A stretch of 64,000 nt of DNA from Eledone cirrhosa. Taxonomy: Eukaryota. A program made the position numbers and the translations under genes. This document shows positions 17,390 through 32,520 of this stretch, one piece after another (position 1 is the stretch's first letter; every line of letters begins with the position of its first letter). The DNA is taken from the NCBI GenBank assembly GCA_964016885.1, contig OZ024742.1, positions 173,600,001 to 173,664,000 on the forward strand, read 5' to 3'. The notes under the pieces were generated by a model. It had not been told where the DNA came from and ran no database searches. It saw nothing but the letters and a program-made list of their open reading frames with translations.

Positions 17390-17426
17390 CATACTTATAT
17401 CCATATTTACATACTTACATATATAC

Positions 17427-17497
<71 letters not shown>

Positions 17498-19189
17498 TAC
17501 ATACATATATGTGTGGTATATCGGGTGTGTAAATGCGTACATAACATATCAAATATAAAAACACCGTATTGTATAATTATATTATATTAGCCGAAATAAT
17601 AAGCAAGACTAACAACAACATCAAATAGTACGAGCGAAAATAAAGATGAACACCGCTTTGCTGGTTTTCATGAAAACTCTGTATTAGAAGATAAGGAATT
17701 TTAAATTAAGTTGCCTGCATTTTTATGAGTGGCAATTATGATTTAATAGAACGAAGCTTTCTCTTCACGACATATTCTATCAGCCGAGATATTACGAGTA
17801 GGAAATAATTAACTGCTCCATCAAATATCCGAAGGAAATAATTAAGCATCCACATATGTATATATTAACATATACATATATACATACATATGCATACGTA
17901 CATAATACATACGCGATTACATACACATTCAATAAAACTTGTGTATATATATATATATATATAGTGGTCTACTAGCCATCATAGGTATTTATTCGCATTG
18001 CAGACCATATACCTCCGGCTAAGGCAATACAATATCTAAATTAAGTTATTGGAATAAAAAGAGTTCGGTGGAGAAAGACAGAGGGGTAAACAAACATGAA
18101 TGGTGAGGCAAGGTAAAGAGAGGAAAAAATGAGAAAATCAAGTCAATGATTCATTTTGAACATAAGAACTTGCGAATATTGACGAGAAGGCAAAAGACAC
18201 ACCTTGACCGTGTGAATGTGAGCGAGAAAAGAATTTCGTACGGTGTGGGACGATGGGGGAAGTGAGAGAGAGGGTGAGTAGCAGAGAGTGAGTGAGTGAA
18301 AGTGTGAGGAAGACAAGCCGAGAGAGAGTGACTAGCAGAGGAGGTGAGTGAAAGTAAGAGGGTGAAGGAGAGAGAATGGGGAGAGGGAAAGAGGATAGCA
18401 GTAAGAGAAGGAAGAGAAAAAGACAGGGCACAGTGAAGGGAAAAACAAATATGAATGAAAAATGGCGAGCAATGTTCTTGCAAATATGATATATATAATA
18501 AAGAAATAGAAATATAAGCCAGGACTATCCATCATCAGTGTTTGTGTGTGTTTGTATATATATGTATATATATAGTGTGTATATATACACACTCTATATA
18601 TACATATACATATACACACACACATAGTGTGTAACGTTTTTAGAAATATTTACTTCTGAGTTCACAGATTTACTTTTTTATTTTAGTTTTAGAAGGTCCC
18701 GTTAAGGGTGAAAGCAGCTATTCTTTTCTTAAACTTTAATCTGTTATTTTAATATATATATATATATATATATAATTATATATGCGTGTTCAGATATTTG
18801 TGCATACACACTAACAAAATATAAACAAAAGTATTTATTTTGCGATAAAGTATTGATTTCCTTCGCACGGAAAAAACCCTGGTAATCTACGACGAATTAT
18901 TTTTTTATTAGCACAAAATGTAGACATCATCCCAAGGCTGATGCATTCCATACTTCTCTGTACTGTTATATATATATATATATATATGTTGCTTCACCAT
19001 CTTTGTTTGTTTACACTCTCGTGTTCCCTTTATTTACGTGTCCCAACGACTTTTTTTAGCCGTTCCTCACACCAACCGGAGGTATATGGTCTTTAAAGCG
19101 ATGAAATACCAATGATGGTTGGAAGATCACTGATGAAGGACTAACTTTATTCATATGTAACCCATTAGCAACCACGCAGCACGTTTATT

Positions 19190-19247
<58 letters not shown>

Positions 19248-19371
19248 CAATTATATATTCCTGTACAGATATTTTTGCATACACAATAACAAAATATAAA
19301 CAAACGTATTTATTTCACGAGGCTCGATAAGGATAAATTTATTTCAAATATATAAGAACCCTAGAGCAAAT

Positions 19372-19400
19372 CCCGAGCAACGCCGGGCCATTCTGCTAGT
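19372..19400 (+). mobile_element. Helitron-like 3' terminus
   Basis: Hairpin cccgagcaacgccggg followed by ctag|t. Confidence 0.4.
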
Positions 19401-20404
19401 ATCAACTAAAATGAGTTAAGTTGAAATCAACCAAGGCATACAATATTGCATAAGATGAGTATTTTGAGCATAATGTGCAAACTATTTATAGCGTTAAACT
19501 TACCACTACTTACTCTATCTCCAACAGCATGAACTAAAGTATAGGTTAACGTTGTTTACGGCAATTCTCGTGTTATTCGCAACTAAGATTCAGATTATAC
19601 AATATGACCTAATTGTAGATATAAACATCCAATTACGGTTGCGTAATGAAATATTTCTCATATAGATAAAGAAAGTAAAATCAACATATAGTATAAACCC
19701 AGTTACTGATATTATGCTCGTTGAAAAATCTGTTATTGTGTAACAAACGTTTCTGTCATACAATATAGTATTAATCCCTTTTTCTTGAATATATTACAAG
19801 AATGATTTGTTTGGTCTTGACAGTCTATTAACTGATAAAAATATCATTTTATTTCCTATGAAAAACGAAAATCGTCTAAAAGATGTTGAATTGAGTGCCT
19901 AGCTATGATAATTCGTTACTGATGGAAGATAGCCACGAAGATGTGCTTAAAGAGACACTCCATTATATAGGGCCTCGTTCATGTGGAAGGTCAAATCTAT
20001 GAACTTAACAGCATGCTTGTAAGATTAACGTATAAATAGCTGAGAATTTCATAGACATTTGTATCCATTAATGTACCAGAATGATTCAGCGTTAGGGTGT
20101 GTATCACAAATATAAACATTTCAACTAATTACAGATAAAACACATGGTAACCACTAAACCTGGTACTATCAAATATACAAACATACATACACATATACAT
20201 ACATACAAAGATACATATATACATTCAAACACACATACATGCATACAACAGTACATACATATATACTTACATACCTACCTACCTACATACATACATACAT
20301 ACATACATACATACATACATACATACATACATACATACATACATACATACATACATAGAAAGATAATACGTATATACATACATACATACATACATACCTA
20401 TAAA

Positions 20405-20775
20405 CAAGGTGGGTTGAAGGAAACTCCCAATCGAAAATTACTTACAACTTTGACCAACTGTGACCACACGAGACAACATCAATGATATCATATTCATGGA
20501 AGATGGAGCGACTCATCATTTTGCACGCATTGTTTGTGATTGGCTTAAAGTCCAATTTCCATGATATTGGCTGAATCATCGAGGTCCACATCCACATTGG
20601 CAAGCAAGAAGCCATGCCTTAACGCCCTGCGATTTTTCTCTAGAGGGTGGGCGAAGAATTGACTCAATTAGAGGAAAGCATATCGTCAGGATCTGATAAC
20701 CATACTGCCTGAGTTCCTAATGAAAGCAGTCGAGGATATACCCAGACGATAACAAACACTGCTGGTCGACCCTGT
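20405..20775 (+). pseudogene. Tc1/mariner transposase remnant
   Basis: From 20472: IIFMEDGATHHFARIVCDWLKVQFP*YWLNHRGP..WQARSHALTPCDF, resembling the QDGAP..H / WP.RSPDLTP.DF motifs. Confidence 0.75.
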
Positions 20776-21117
20776 TCCCTTTATAGTATATTTTAAAACT
20801 GTACTATACTTCTATCATTTTACTGTTCAACAGTAAAGGTATTTTATGAAAAATCGACTAATATTTTATAGAATTATTAACAATTTATATAGGGAGTTTC
20901 TTTTAACCTACACTGTATATATATATAGCTTTTAATAATTGTTTGTGGGTGATTAATTCATATTTTTGAGGGAGATTAAATAGTGTTGTTTAATTGGTAT
21001 CTCCAAATATCGTATCTATATTATTTTCCGGTTCTAGTTGCGGAGGAATGTAATTTTGTTTTTGGGTAGATCGACATACGTTGTTTTCAAATGTGTATCG
21101 TTTCTATTAGGAAGAAC

Positions 21118-21307
<190 letters not shown>

Positions 21308-21635
21308 GTTGGTAATAAAGTTAAAGCAAAACAAAACCAAAACGCATACATATATACACACACATATATACTTACATACATACAAACATGCATACATACA
21401 TTCCTTTCCTACATACGTACGGTCTGGATTACGGGGATACATATATATAGACATACACACATCCACAAATATATACATACACCCACACATACATACATAT
21501 ATGCATACATACATATATACATATATACAAACATACACTCATACATACACATACATACGTATATTCATATATACATGCCTACATACATAAATACATATAC
21601 ACATACATACATACATACATACATACATACATACA

Positions 21636-21669
<34 letters not shown>

Positions 21670-22174
21670 CACATATATACATATATATATATATAGAAAA
21701 GATGAATATAAAATGAAAGTGCTTTTTTTAAAAAGGAATTTATTAGGTATTGACATATGTTTCTGTAACAGACGGAATACCTATGTATCGCTGCTTGCGT
21801 AATCATATAATGTTAGCAAGTATTCGATAGCAAATGTATAATCAGTTGTCACTTCTTCAGAGATTTTGGATAAATTGGATGAAATCAGAAAAATTGAAGT
21901 ATTTATATTAGTAATAGAGGAAGAAGAGAGGGGATAGTATATGACAGATGGTAATTCAATTTACTGCTAAACAAGTATATAAAGGGTTTCTAATGAGAAT
22001 ACCATGAGTAAATGGTTCCTTTTATCTAAATAAGAAGTTTTGGGAGTGCCAATTTTAATCTCTAATTGACCAATTGGACAGTGGACAGGACTGGTCATTT
22101 GGTGTAGTAGTATTAATTTTCATCTCTAACGTAACGATATATTATCACTACATTATTGATAACCTGAAATTGTA

Positions 22175-22205
<31 letters not shown>

Positions 22206-22240
22206 ATATACATACATATATATATACATACATACATATA

Positions 22241-22600
22241 CGGGATAACAAGTTCTCGTTGTAGGTAATCCACTTAGAGGTAGTCCAGTTCGAGTACTCC
22301 GTGTGTGGTTGGTTTTAACGTATGGCTTAGTTTGCCTCAACAAGACGCTTCCATAGTTCTGTAGCGAGTTCGCGGTGATTTCTATGTAGGTTATACTTTG
22401 AGTAATAATAATTCAAGAAAGAGGAGTTACATGGCTGGCTTTACAATAAGGGCTTTATTCACAGTGCTGACAATCGTTTCGTTGATCTCGTAGGTCTAGA
22501 GCTCGCTAATCGCTTGATGTTGCGTCAATCCAACTCCAGTACTTTGTTTACAACCAGTCAATACATCAGAGCGCGTGGATATGATGATAATATGCAAGGC
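22241..22600 (-). mobile_element. Family G pLTR with long-stem-II HHR (22464-22574)
   Basis: gcgct CTGATGt ...gatcaac GAAA cgattg TC agcac; homologous to 47545-47872 and 59000-59335. Confidence 0.7.
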
Positions 22601-22768
22601 ATGGCTTTTATAAAAGAGTGGTGTTAGACCAGAACAATAACATCAGTAACAAAATATCTAGATAGTGAATAATAAAAACAATAACATCTATACAAGTAAG
22701 AAATAGAATATAATGATAATACAAGCATATATATATTTATATATATACATACATATATATACATTATA

Positions 22769-22842
<74 letters not shown>

Positions 22843-22849
<7 letters not shown>

Positions 22850-23120
22850 AAATTATTTAGCCTGATAGTAGGGTTAAGAACCATCGGAGAAATGAAAAGA
22901 GATGAGTATTGATGTACATGGGAGTCGAACCCACATCTTTGGTTATCAGGATCACTGTGCTACCATTTACACCAAAACATCACCCTGGTGTAAATGGTAC
23001 ACAGTCAGTGGTCCGGATAACCAAAGATCTGGGTTCGACTCCCATGTACGTCAATACTCATCTTTTTCCATTTCTCCGAGGGTTCTTAACACCACTATCA
23101 GGCTAAATAATTTCTGTAAT
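22843..23120. mobile_element. Fold-back element with two divergent tRNA-like heads
   Basis: ~130-bp inverted arms; tggtgtaaatggta (A box) and gggttcgactccc (B box/T arm). Confidence 0.7.
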
Positions 23121-23632
23121 TTCTTTAGTCTACATACGGTGATAGCTTACATTTCCGGACAAAGAGCGCAGCTCCCAGGTCATAGTCTACAAATGGCTGC
23201 GATAGCTGTCACCTTCAAAATTTGAAAAACATTCTTGCGATTCAAGGGTATGACAATTTCTTTTCTTTTACAAACTTGCCACCAGGAGGGTGGCCGGTCA
23301 AAAATATACTCGAAATTAAGAGAAAGAGATAACATACATACATACATAGAAGGGAAAAGGCGTGAATAATTCCGTTCTGACATCAGTGCTAGAAATGATA
23401 TATGGGAGGGGTATGATTATTTGGATCGATTATGGTATATAACGACTTATATTACGGCTATTAGTTTTATTGGCTCTTGAGAGATGAAAGACAACGTCTG
23501 TGTATATTAGTGGAAAACAAAGACAAAGGAGATCTACAAACAACATTTAATACTGTGTATAATACATTAGATATTAATTCATAATTTATTCATATATATA
23601 TATATATATATATATATGTGTATATATATATA

Positions 23633-23668
<36 letters not shown>

Positions 23669-25121
23669 ATGTGTGTGTTTGTCTGTGCATGTGTGTATGC
23701 GGGGGGTGTTCGAGCAATAAGATTAATCTATGTTTTTGGTGAACGCATTGTTCTGGCCTCATACTCTATTCTTATTATAGTATATTTTGGCTACTTAGCT
23801 CACATCTAAACACACACACATATATATATATATATACACGAAAAGTAACTATCAACAGGAGCTCTAACAAAATCTATTTCAGGATAATACTCTAAGTATT
23901 AGGTTATACTATCTCCTCAGTTATGTATTTTGTTGTGGTTATTTATATTATATATATATCATCTTATGAAAACCCTAATAGGTTTGAAAGTTGTTTCAAG
24001 ATACTTATCATTTTTTTCAATTTACAATGAAGCATAAACAATTTGATTACATGTCTATTTTACTTATGGTGCAGATTTAAATACATATTTATGCAATCTC
24101 TGTATACTTTGTTCGCTGTTTATGCAGATATAAAGTGAAAGTATACTTTGGCAATGTTAAACTTTACCCTTTTGATATATCAGCTAATTAAATGTGTTCA
24201 ATAGAAATGTATAGAATTTTCTATTTAAAATTAACTTTCCTCTGTTTGGTACTTGCTTATAGCCTGAGACTGAATTATTTTGTAATCCAATGGTGGATTG
24301 TGTCTACTATCAGAGAAATTTGTAAAGACAAACAATTCTAAACCTTACGTTCTAATGATTATATTTTTGTACCGTCTATATACATCATGAACAAAAAAAA
24401 AATGTCTGGTATATTTCCATTAGTTACGTGTTCAAGTCAATTGTCATATATAATGTACCAATAGCACATTTTGGAGAAGTTGTGAAAAATATGCAATGTC
24501 TGTTTCTGAAGGGGAAAATTAGTTCGTTTTTCATTTTTTTTTATTAGGATGTTACAGTTGTAAACACAAGAGGAGCAATGTAACAATACATTGTGCAAAT
24601 CTTACTCTTTATTCGAGCTATAATATTTTTATCACAACACGAATTTCATATTACAATGATCAATCATTTGATATTTGAAACTAGTCTTGTATTCGTTCAT
24701 GATTGTTCATTCGTTTGTGCGTTGCTCTCCTTCTATTTAACTAATCCTTTGGATACATTATCTTCATTGGATAGGGTGATGTTTTTGAGGAGGGGAGCGT
24801 TGGCTTCTTTGGAAAATAATTCAGTATAATTCAGTATTACTATACGAGCAACCTTTCTTCAAACAGTAGCTGGAGAAATTGATCTGAATATATTTAAACT
24901 AAACCTGATACAATAGTGAACACAGCGTTTGTTCCCTTCTCCCTATCGACTCGCCACCAAAGTGTACTCGAGCAGAAAGTCTAGTAAACAATACATATAT
25001 AAATTTAAATGATGGATTAATTATTTTACTCATCGGATTGCGACCAGAGGCACACACAAACGTAAACTTAGATACACAGATACACGCACACACATAAACA
25101 CACACACACATACACGCATAC

Positions 25122-25184
<63 letters not shown>

Positions 25185-25734
25185 GGGTGCGTGTGTTTAT
25201 GTGTGTTCGTGTATCTCTGTATCTATGTTTACGTTGTCTGTGCCTCTGGTTTTCTCTAGTTTCTCTCTACCACATTTCACAGACAAGGCATCGTTTAACA
25301 CGAACTTATAGTAGAAGACACTTGGTTTAGCTGCAGTTCACGTGACTAAGCTCGAAACCACGTGGATACAAAATAAACTCCTAAACTACATCTGTCTTTT
25401 TGTTTATTAATCTGAAAATATTTTAATATATCACCTTCTTTTGAATAATTTACTCTTATTTAATTAACTCACTTGTATTAATTAACTCATTAATGGGGAT
25501 ATATTAACAAAAATCGATAATGGTAAATGTCTTCACTTTAATCATTTGTTGCAGTATTGCCTCAGGCCAACACTGTTGGGGCACACTTCTCGATACAGCT
25601 ATTGCAGAATTGATAATCCTGTGTTTTAGTGATATATATTATATTACGGTGAAGGCACGTATCTTCGTGGTTATTGCATAGAAACTGGAGAAACAAACTA
25701 CACAGACAGACAGACACACACACACACACACACA

Positions 25735-25801
<67 letters not shown>

Positions 25802-25967
25802 TATAAAGAAAACGAAAAATCAGTGATGCATCTGGACTTAGTTTATTTCGTGTTATTATTAAATGTTTCGCCGGCATGTAGCTCGAATCATGGTCCTTGT
25901 ATGGATCTGGCTGATTCTATTTTGGCATACCGCCTATGGAAGTAACATAGCTACCACTATACACAAC

Positions 25968-26000
<33 letters not shown>

Positions 26001-26363
26001 ATGTCAATGTTTACGTTTGAGTGTGTATCTGACTCCAATATAATGTCGTGAGTCCAACTATTAGATAGGTTAGCGCGCTGTGTTCTTGAGCACCAATAAC
26101 AGCTGTGAGTGAAGTGCCGGTCTGATGAGCCTTTGGGCTTGGAATAGACGTCAAATTAATTTTGGGGGTACTACGCTACAAGCGTGTCATTTACATGTTC
26201 CAAAATATAACGTGTGGTATTAGGCAAACGCTATTATAAGAATATACCAGCAAATGCGCCAAGGCAACTTTCGAGAAGAGGAAAATAGGAAAATATAACT
26301 AAGAACAATACTGTCTTTAATATTCCTAGTTTAATTTACACAGGAACATAGCGATAAAAAATA

Positions 26364-26820
26364 ACTTAGACCAAACACAGACTCAAAATCTTAGGTATAA
26401 AAATGCTTTAAAAAAATAATAGAACACTCAGAAATGAAAGAACGGGATTAGGATAAACATTATACATTCATTACATTCATTCGTAAAAAAAAAAAAAAAA
26501 GGGAAAGAAGGTAATAAGCGTGGGTAATCTAATTGCTCTAATAATTGTTTCTACTTTTGGCACAAGGCCAAAAATTATCCCAGTGTAAAATAAAGTACTA
26601 GTGATACACTGGGATAATTGCTGGCCTTGTGCCAAAAGTAGAAACAATTATTAGAGCAATTAGATTACCCACGCTTATTACCTTCTTTGTCTTTTTTTAT
26701 TTTTACGAATGAATGTAATGAATGTGTAATGTCCTAATCCCGTTCTTTCATTTCTGAGTGTTGTAGTTTTTTTTAAAGCATTTTTATACCTAAGATTTTG
26801 AGTCTGTGTTTGGTCTAAGT
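26364..26820. repeat. Inverted duplication of a SINE 3' end plus ~175 bp of flank
   Basis: Arms 26364-26586 and 26607-26820 are reverse complements. Confidence 0.85.
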
Positions 26821-28899
26821 GTTAAGCTTTAGTTATAGTACTCACAATGGACACTGAATGAATTATGAGGACAATACACAAAAAGAAAAAAAAATGTAAT
26901 ACAATAACTACATGTAGCAGAAGGCGGCGAATTGGCAGAGACCTTAGCGCTTTGGATTAAAAAGGTTTCTGAATTTGTTTCGGCTCATGGCATTCTGTGT
27001 TCAAATCTCCTCTTATGTCATCTTAGCCTTTCATCGAACTGAGTTCGATTCTTTCTTTCTTTCTTTCTTTCTCGTGACGAGCTATTGCGTGTGTTATGAC
27101 ATGAAGAGAGGTGTACTTTACAGGGTTTACAATCTCTAATGCCTGTCATATGTCTAGTTGACACACCTAAAATCACAATAAAATGTAAAAGCTTTTACCT
27201 TCTGTTACATTTAGTATACACCACCCAGTCTCTATTATATTTACGATAAATGAAGCCTTTTTAAACAGAAAGTTTTTAAGTACCTACTGCAAATCTAGGG
27301 AAACATTAAATACAAATAAGAGAGTTAGCTGAAATTGAACAAATGAGGATTATTTTTCAACATAGTTTTTCAGGGGAAAAGAAACAAAGCAGTTAATAAT
27401 AAGAATAGTTTAATTTGATGCATGCAAGATTTCACAGCTCTAGCATCAACTCCTTCATTGTCAGCCGATGAACGTTTCAACATAACCTCTTAGACTTGTT
27501 TTCCGTCTCTAAAGAAGGCAACAAGTATAAAACGTTGCTATAGATATATACTGTAAATGCAAGATTTGGTCGAGACTAATGTAAAGAAGCGGAGAGATTG
27601 AACCCATAAACATCATGATTGCGGAGCGAACTTCTTATACACTAATCAATGCATTTGTTGGTCGAAATTACATTAAGGTGACATTCATAGGTCGATTTAA
27701 ACAGTACTATATATTTGGAATCGTGGTAGTGATTGATATTATGCAAGAAGGGTTAAGTGGTTTAGGGTTAACTTTTTAAAATAAGAGTTAACATTAATCG
27801 TTGCTTTATATTTTGCTTTAGAATTTCTGTTCAATGTTAGAAGAATGTCTCGATTGTTACTCATTTCTAGTGTTATGATTAAGACTAATATTTGATTGAG
27901 GTTTAAAAGAAACTTTTTAGACGTCTAACTGTAGTAAAGAAAACAAATAATGAAAATGGAAACAAAAGTAATCAATAAAAAAACTAGGTGACATAAATGA
28001 AAGTAAATAATATGGAAATACAATATAAAGAAAAATAAATTTCAAAAATTTAACATGAATTGAAAGTTCTTAAATGAAAGCAAATGAGAATTATTTAAGC
28101 AAATATGTTCTGGATTCTATAATATTGACGATCAATTGTTCCTTGTGTAGATTAAATTCTATTATTTAATTTTGCTATTAGTTTGATATATTTCATATTT
28201 ACTTAATATTTTGTTTATTTATTTTTAATGTATACCTTATTTACTATGTTCTCTACTGTAAAATGTTCAGCATGTGACTACAAAATATTATTTTTTACAC
28301 CTTTCTTAAAAGAGTGTTATAATTCATACGTCTGCCATCTTCCTTCTTCAATAATTAGGTTTCAAGTCATTTAAAAAAAATTGTTAACGGTACTCTTTGT
28401 TAAGGTATGCGTTTTAATATTGAAATTCACAATTATTTCGCATTCATTCGCTATTATTTGGCATATATATCCTGTCTATTTATTACTACACTAACTTATA
28501 TAAAGTATTTTGTCTGTTTTATAAACTTGTCTAGAGAATTATTACCTGTCTAATTGTGCGATGAGGCGACGAATTAGAGGAGTCGTTAGAACGTCGATTA
28601 AGATGATTTGACGCATTCGTTCTATCTCTGCGCTCTGAGTTCAGATCTTGCCTAGGTCAACTTAACCTTTCATAAGTTTAGAGTTTGAAGCATAAAGAAA
28701 CTGTTATGTTCTAGGATAAATTCTTCTCTATATACTAATCTCACTTCCAGACAATCTCCCTCCATCCTTTCTTTCTCACATTATATTTCTTTCTCAAGAG
28801 AGACATAGTGTGTTGTCAAACCAGGGGAAGGCTGGATTCTCCCAGGTGTAAATGCCCAAATTGTTTCATGCAAAAAGATATTAACAAATAGCACAAGTT

Positions 28900-28947
<48 letters not shown>

Positions 28948-28949
<2 letters not shown>

Positions 28950-29134
28950 GTTTAGCAGTATCGGTAGAGCGTCAGACACCATGCTTTGCAGTATAGAGTT
29001 ATGTCCCTTTGCGTTCTGAGTTCAAATTCCACCGAGGCTAACTTTGCCTTTCATCCTTACAGGATCAATAAAATAAAGCACCAGTAATGCACTAGGCTAA
29101 TTGCTGGCCTTGTGCCAAAAGTAGAAACATTATT
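28948..29134 (+). mobile_element. tRNA-derived SINE (same family as 13341)
   Basis: Full-length match; older relatives at ~26920 and ~28565. Confidence 0.85.
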
Positions 29135-30296
29135 GCGCTCGTCCGCCAAGGATGTCCATCTCGTACCTCTTGTACGTATTGACTCTCGAGCCATTACTGC
29201 ACAAACTGGAGACGTTAAGGGGAGTCCCGCGCGAACTAGGATGCGGAAGATCCGTGTCAGCATATGCGGACGATGTCACCGTAGTTGTGTCGAACGCCAA
29301 ACACATCAAGGCGATCGGCACTACACTAAGAGAATACGAAGCGGTGACATGAGCAATGATCAACCAGGAAAGGTCGGTGGGCCTGCAGCTTGTCACGTGG
29401 AGAGGCAGGTCCATGCCGTCCAACAGCGTCGTCTGGCGCTAGACGGACGGACCGGTTAAATTGCTAGAGGCCTGGTTCTGTCCGGACCTCTAGACGGTAA
29501 AAAACTGGGACGAGATGACGAGCAGGGTGGCTTCTCTCACCCAGAAATGGACAGAGAGGAAGCTATCCCTAAAAGGTCGAGCGGAGGTGCGAATGCGTAC
29601 ATTGCGTCTGTCATCTACTACCACCTGACCGTCGTGCCTTGTCCTAAGCCCCGCCTGACTGCGCTGAAGAGATTGCTCTTTCGCTTTTTGTGGAAGGGAC
29701 GCGCTCCGATGGTCAGGTGGTCCATCTGCTGTCAACACCCGCTACTTGGATAGCTGGGCATGCCGTGGGTGATGATTCGCAGACACGCGCTCAGGCTACG
29801 ACATCACCACCTCTTCCTCGGCGGTGATCAGGTGTGGTCGCCGTTTGCTAGACGCGTCTTTCCCCAGATCGTCTCCTTGACGGAGCTGCAGTTCTGGGTC
29901 AAGCGAAGACCGAGAGGGAGCGCTTGGAGACTGGAATGTCTTCAGGCGCTCACGGCCCTCGACCAGTCAGGCAATGTGAGCGGTGGAAACTCCAACTTGG
30001 CGTTCTATAGAGTATTAGTGGAGGGGAAGAACGACGACGTACCTGGGGAATCTCTAGGTGTCGACGAAAATAAACTAGCCAATCTCTTCGGAAGAACTTT
30101 CGGGTTGGGGCCTATGGACAATTTCCAGAAATACCTGGCCTGGCAGTGTTACAGAGGAGCTTTGCAAGTTCGGGATAAACTCTACAGGCAGGGAAGTGCC
30201 GTCACCCGGGCATGTCCGAGATGCTCGGATACCGTCGAAACAGTCCTGCATGCACTCGTCAGTGTCCGAGCATTGCTGACTTGTGGGTTTATATAG
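29135..30296 (+). pseudogene. Tx1/L1-clade LINE ORF2 fragment (RT C-half and C-terminal zinc knuckle)
   Basis: LYVLTLEPLL, SAYADDVTV, LFRFLWKG, CPRC...ETVLHAL; stops and frameshifts. Confidence 0.85.
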
Positions 30297-31699
30297 TCAG
30301 ATAGAGATATTGAAATATACATACGTTGGTAACTAGTTATCTTTCTGGTTTGCTACTGCTTAATATAGAATATTTGGGGGTGGTGGTGCTGTGAAAATAT
30401 TTATGAAGGTTGCAATAAATATTCTATGATTGTACTCGTTTCTTTTTATCATATTACACTTCTTAGTAGTGTTAGCATTATGCCAAATGAAGAAAGGCTG
30501 ATAATTATCAGATTGTTCATCTTAAAAACCACCATAGTGTTACTTCATTTTAAAAAGTTATATACATAAGAAAATTTGGTTTTCATTTTTCCCCTAAAGA
30601 TTTTGTTCATCTTGATTAAATAAAAAGATAGTTTGTGTATTTGCTCGCGCGTGTGTGTGTCTGTGTGTTTACTCTTGAGAAGAAAATAATGCGAATGATC
30701 AGAAATAACTTGCACAAATAATTCAAATATTCCTAAACCGAAAGGTCCCTAAAGAGCAAGACATTGCGGATAAAAGATCAAAGTTACTTTAAATTTATTG
30801 GCAATAAGAATATAACCTTTTTATATGTTAGAAGGTTTTTGATCAGTTTCCCTTGAGTTTGTTTTCTTCTGTGTCTTTTTTAAAAATCTTTTATGTCTTG
30901 CTTACTGAAATCAAGCATAACATGTTTGTGGATATTTAAGCTTCATTTCAAGTTTCTAAACAAAATAGACTCTGTTGTATTTCCATAATTCTGTTTCATA
31001 CTTTTGTATTCTTTACAGTGAATTGAAGGTTGGTTTTTGCTGTTCCTTCTAAATAACAGTCGACTCTGTTGTAGTAAGGGAAATAGATTTATCTTCGTTA
31101 TACAAAATTGAAAAGTGGAAATAATGAATGCGATGAAAGTATTGTTCTCAATCATATGAAATGTGGGCAAATCAAACCAACGGCCAGCATGAATACTTAT
31201 TTATGTTGTGAATAGAAATTTGTATATGAAGCTGATTATATCTACAATGAATATTAGAATTACTGACCATCCTTTGACCAAACTAGTTTCTATTCATGTT
31301 TTGTTCTGCTGATTTACTGTTATCACAAGTGGTAATTTAATGTCTTTTCTTGTTATGCATAACTGACAAAAACGAATCCCCACCATATATTTTTTATCTT
31401 CATAACAAGTGAATCAAAACAACTATGATTTTTGCAGTCTTTCGTAAAGTGTTGAGAATGATATAAGTAATGTGCCCCGGTTTAATCATCCGTAATACAA
31501 AGAAAGTCAAGGTTTGTAAGATAACCGAAGTCAGTAAAAGTACCGAGTAAATGGGACTAAAGAAAGTGAACTCAACTAAATATACATAATTACGACATGG
31601 TGGTTTTAAATCGGTGTGTAATGTAATCGGTGTGTAAAGTGTGCAGCATTCCCTCTCATATATATACACCTGTAAAGGGGACCGACTACTGACCTGCAA

Positions 31700-32520
31700 T
31701 GTCATGTCCCCTACCTCGTTATGTGGAACGAATGTACCATGGTGAAAACTTTTGTTATGTAATTTTCAATGGTAGATCCCCTAAGCGCTTTAACATCCAC
31801 AACGGCGTCGAACAACGTTGCGTTCTATCTCACATAATCTTCGGGATCTTCTCCGCAATGGCGATGAATTATGACTTCGTTGACAAACAAGGAGCATCTG
31901 AATGTGAACTAGATCAGACGGCAAGCATTGCAATCTATCTTGCAGCACTACCAATATCATATACGTGTCATACTCAGTAAATACAATGATACTCAACGAT
32001 CGTATAGTAGTTACCGACAGATTAACATATGGAGTATTACCAAGTACTATATTATTGTTTTGTAGACTTCCTAAAGGCATATCACCACGTTCTTCGTGTC
32101 TTGCTTTGGAAGGTTCCACTGTAGTATATGATGGATATTTAGCTTCTTGTTGTACTAATGTCTCTATAAGAATGTCCTAATATTTGTGTTCCTTGCTAAA
32201 TCGAAACCATTCAATGTGGGAGTCAGACTTCGACTAGGGTGCGTACTGTCATCGCACGTGTTCATTATTTTCATGAACAGAAGTGGTGTGCAAAGCCGGA
32301 TTGGAAACGATATCACGACAGACAGATGTATATCAACCGGTTGGAATTTGTAGAAGACGTTGTATTACATAAAAAGTCAGTTATCATGGGTTTGATACTG
32401 AGTGCTGCATGGCTGGAATGAAAATCAGTGCTGCAACAACTGAGACACTCGTCCTCTCAAGGAAGCTTCTCACTGAAGAAGGTGGAGAAGTTCAAGTAGC
32501 TTGGGACCGTGTTCCCAAGC
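31700..32520 (+). pseudogene. Highly decayed RTE-like LINE RT remnant
   Basis: FNIHNGVEQRCVLSHIIFGIF (GVKQGCVLAP-like), LEFVEDV, MKIS...TE, VEKFK*LG. Confidence 0.6.

Noticed and set aside
19125-19165. CTGATGA motif
   Set aside because: No downstream GAAA or stem III
22985-23053. Functional tRNA gene
   Set aside because: 5' acceptor strand missing and anticodon stem disrupted
26117-26152. CTGATGA gcc-tttg-ggc hammerhead
   Set aside because: GAAA and stem I pairing not recoverable
30997-31066. Possible host exon on the minus strand (acceptor-like cag, donor-like gtatga)
   Set aside because: Short, no recognisable protein motif, no consistent neighbouring exons
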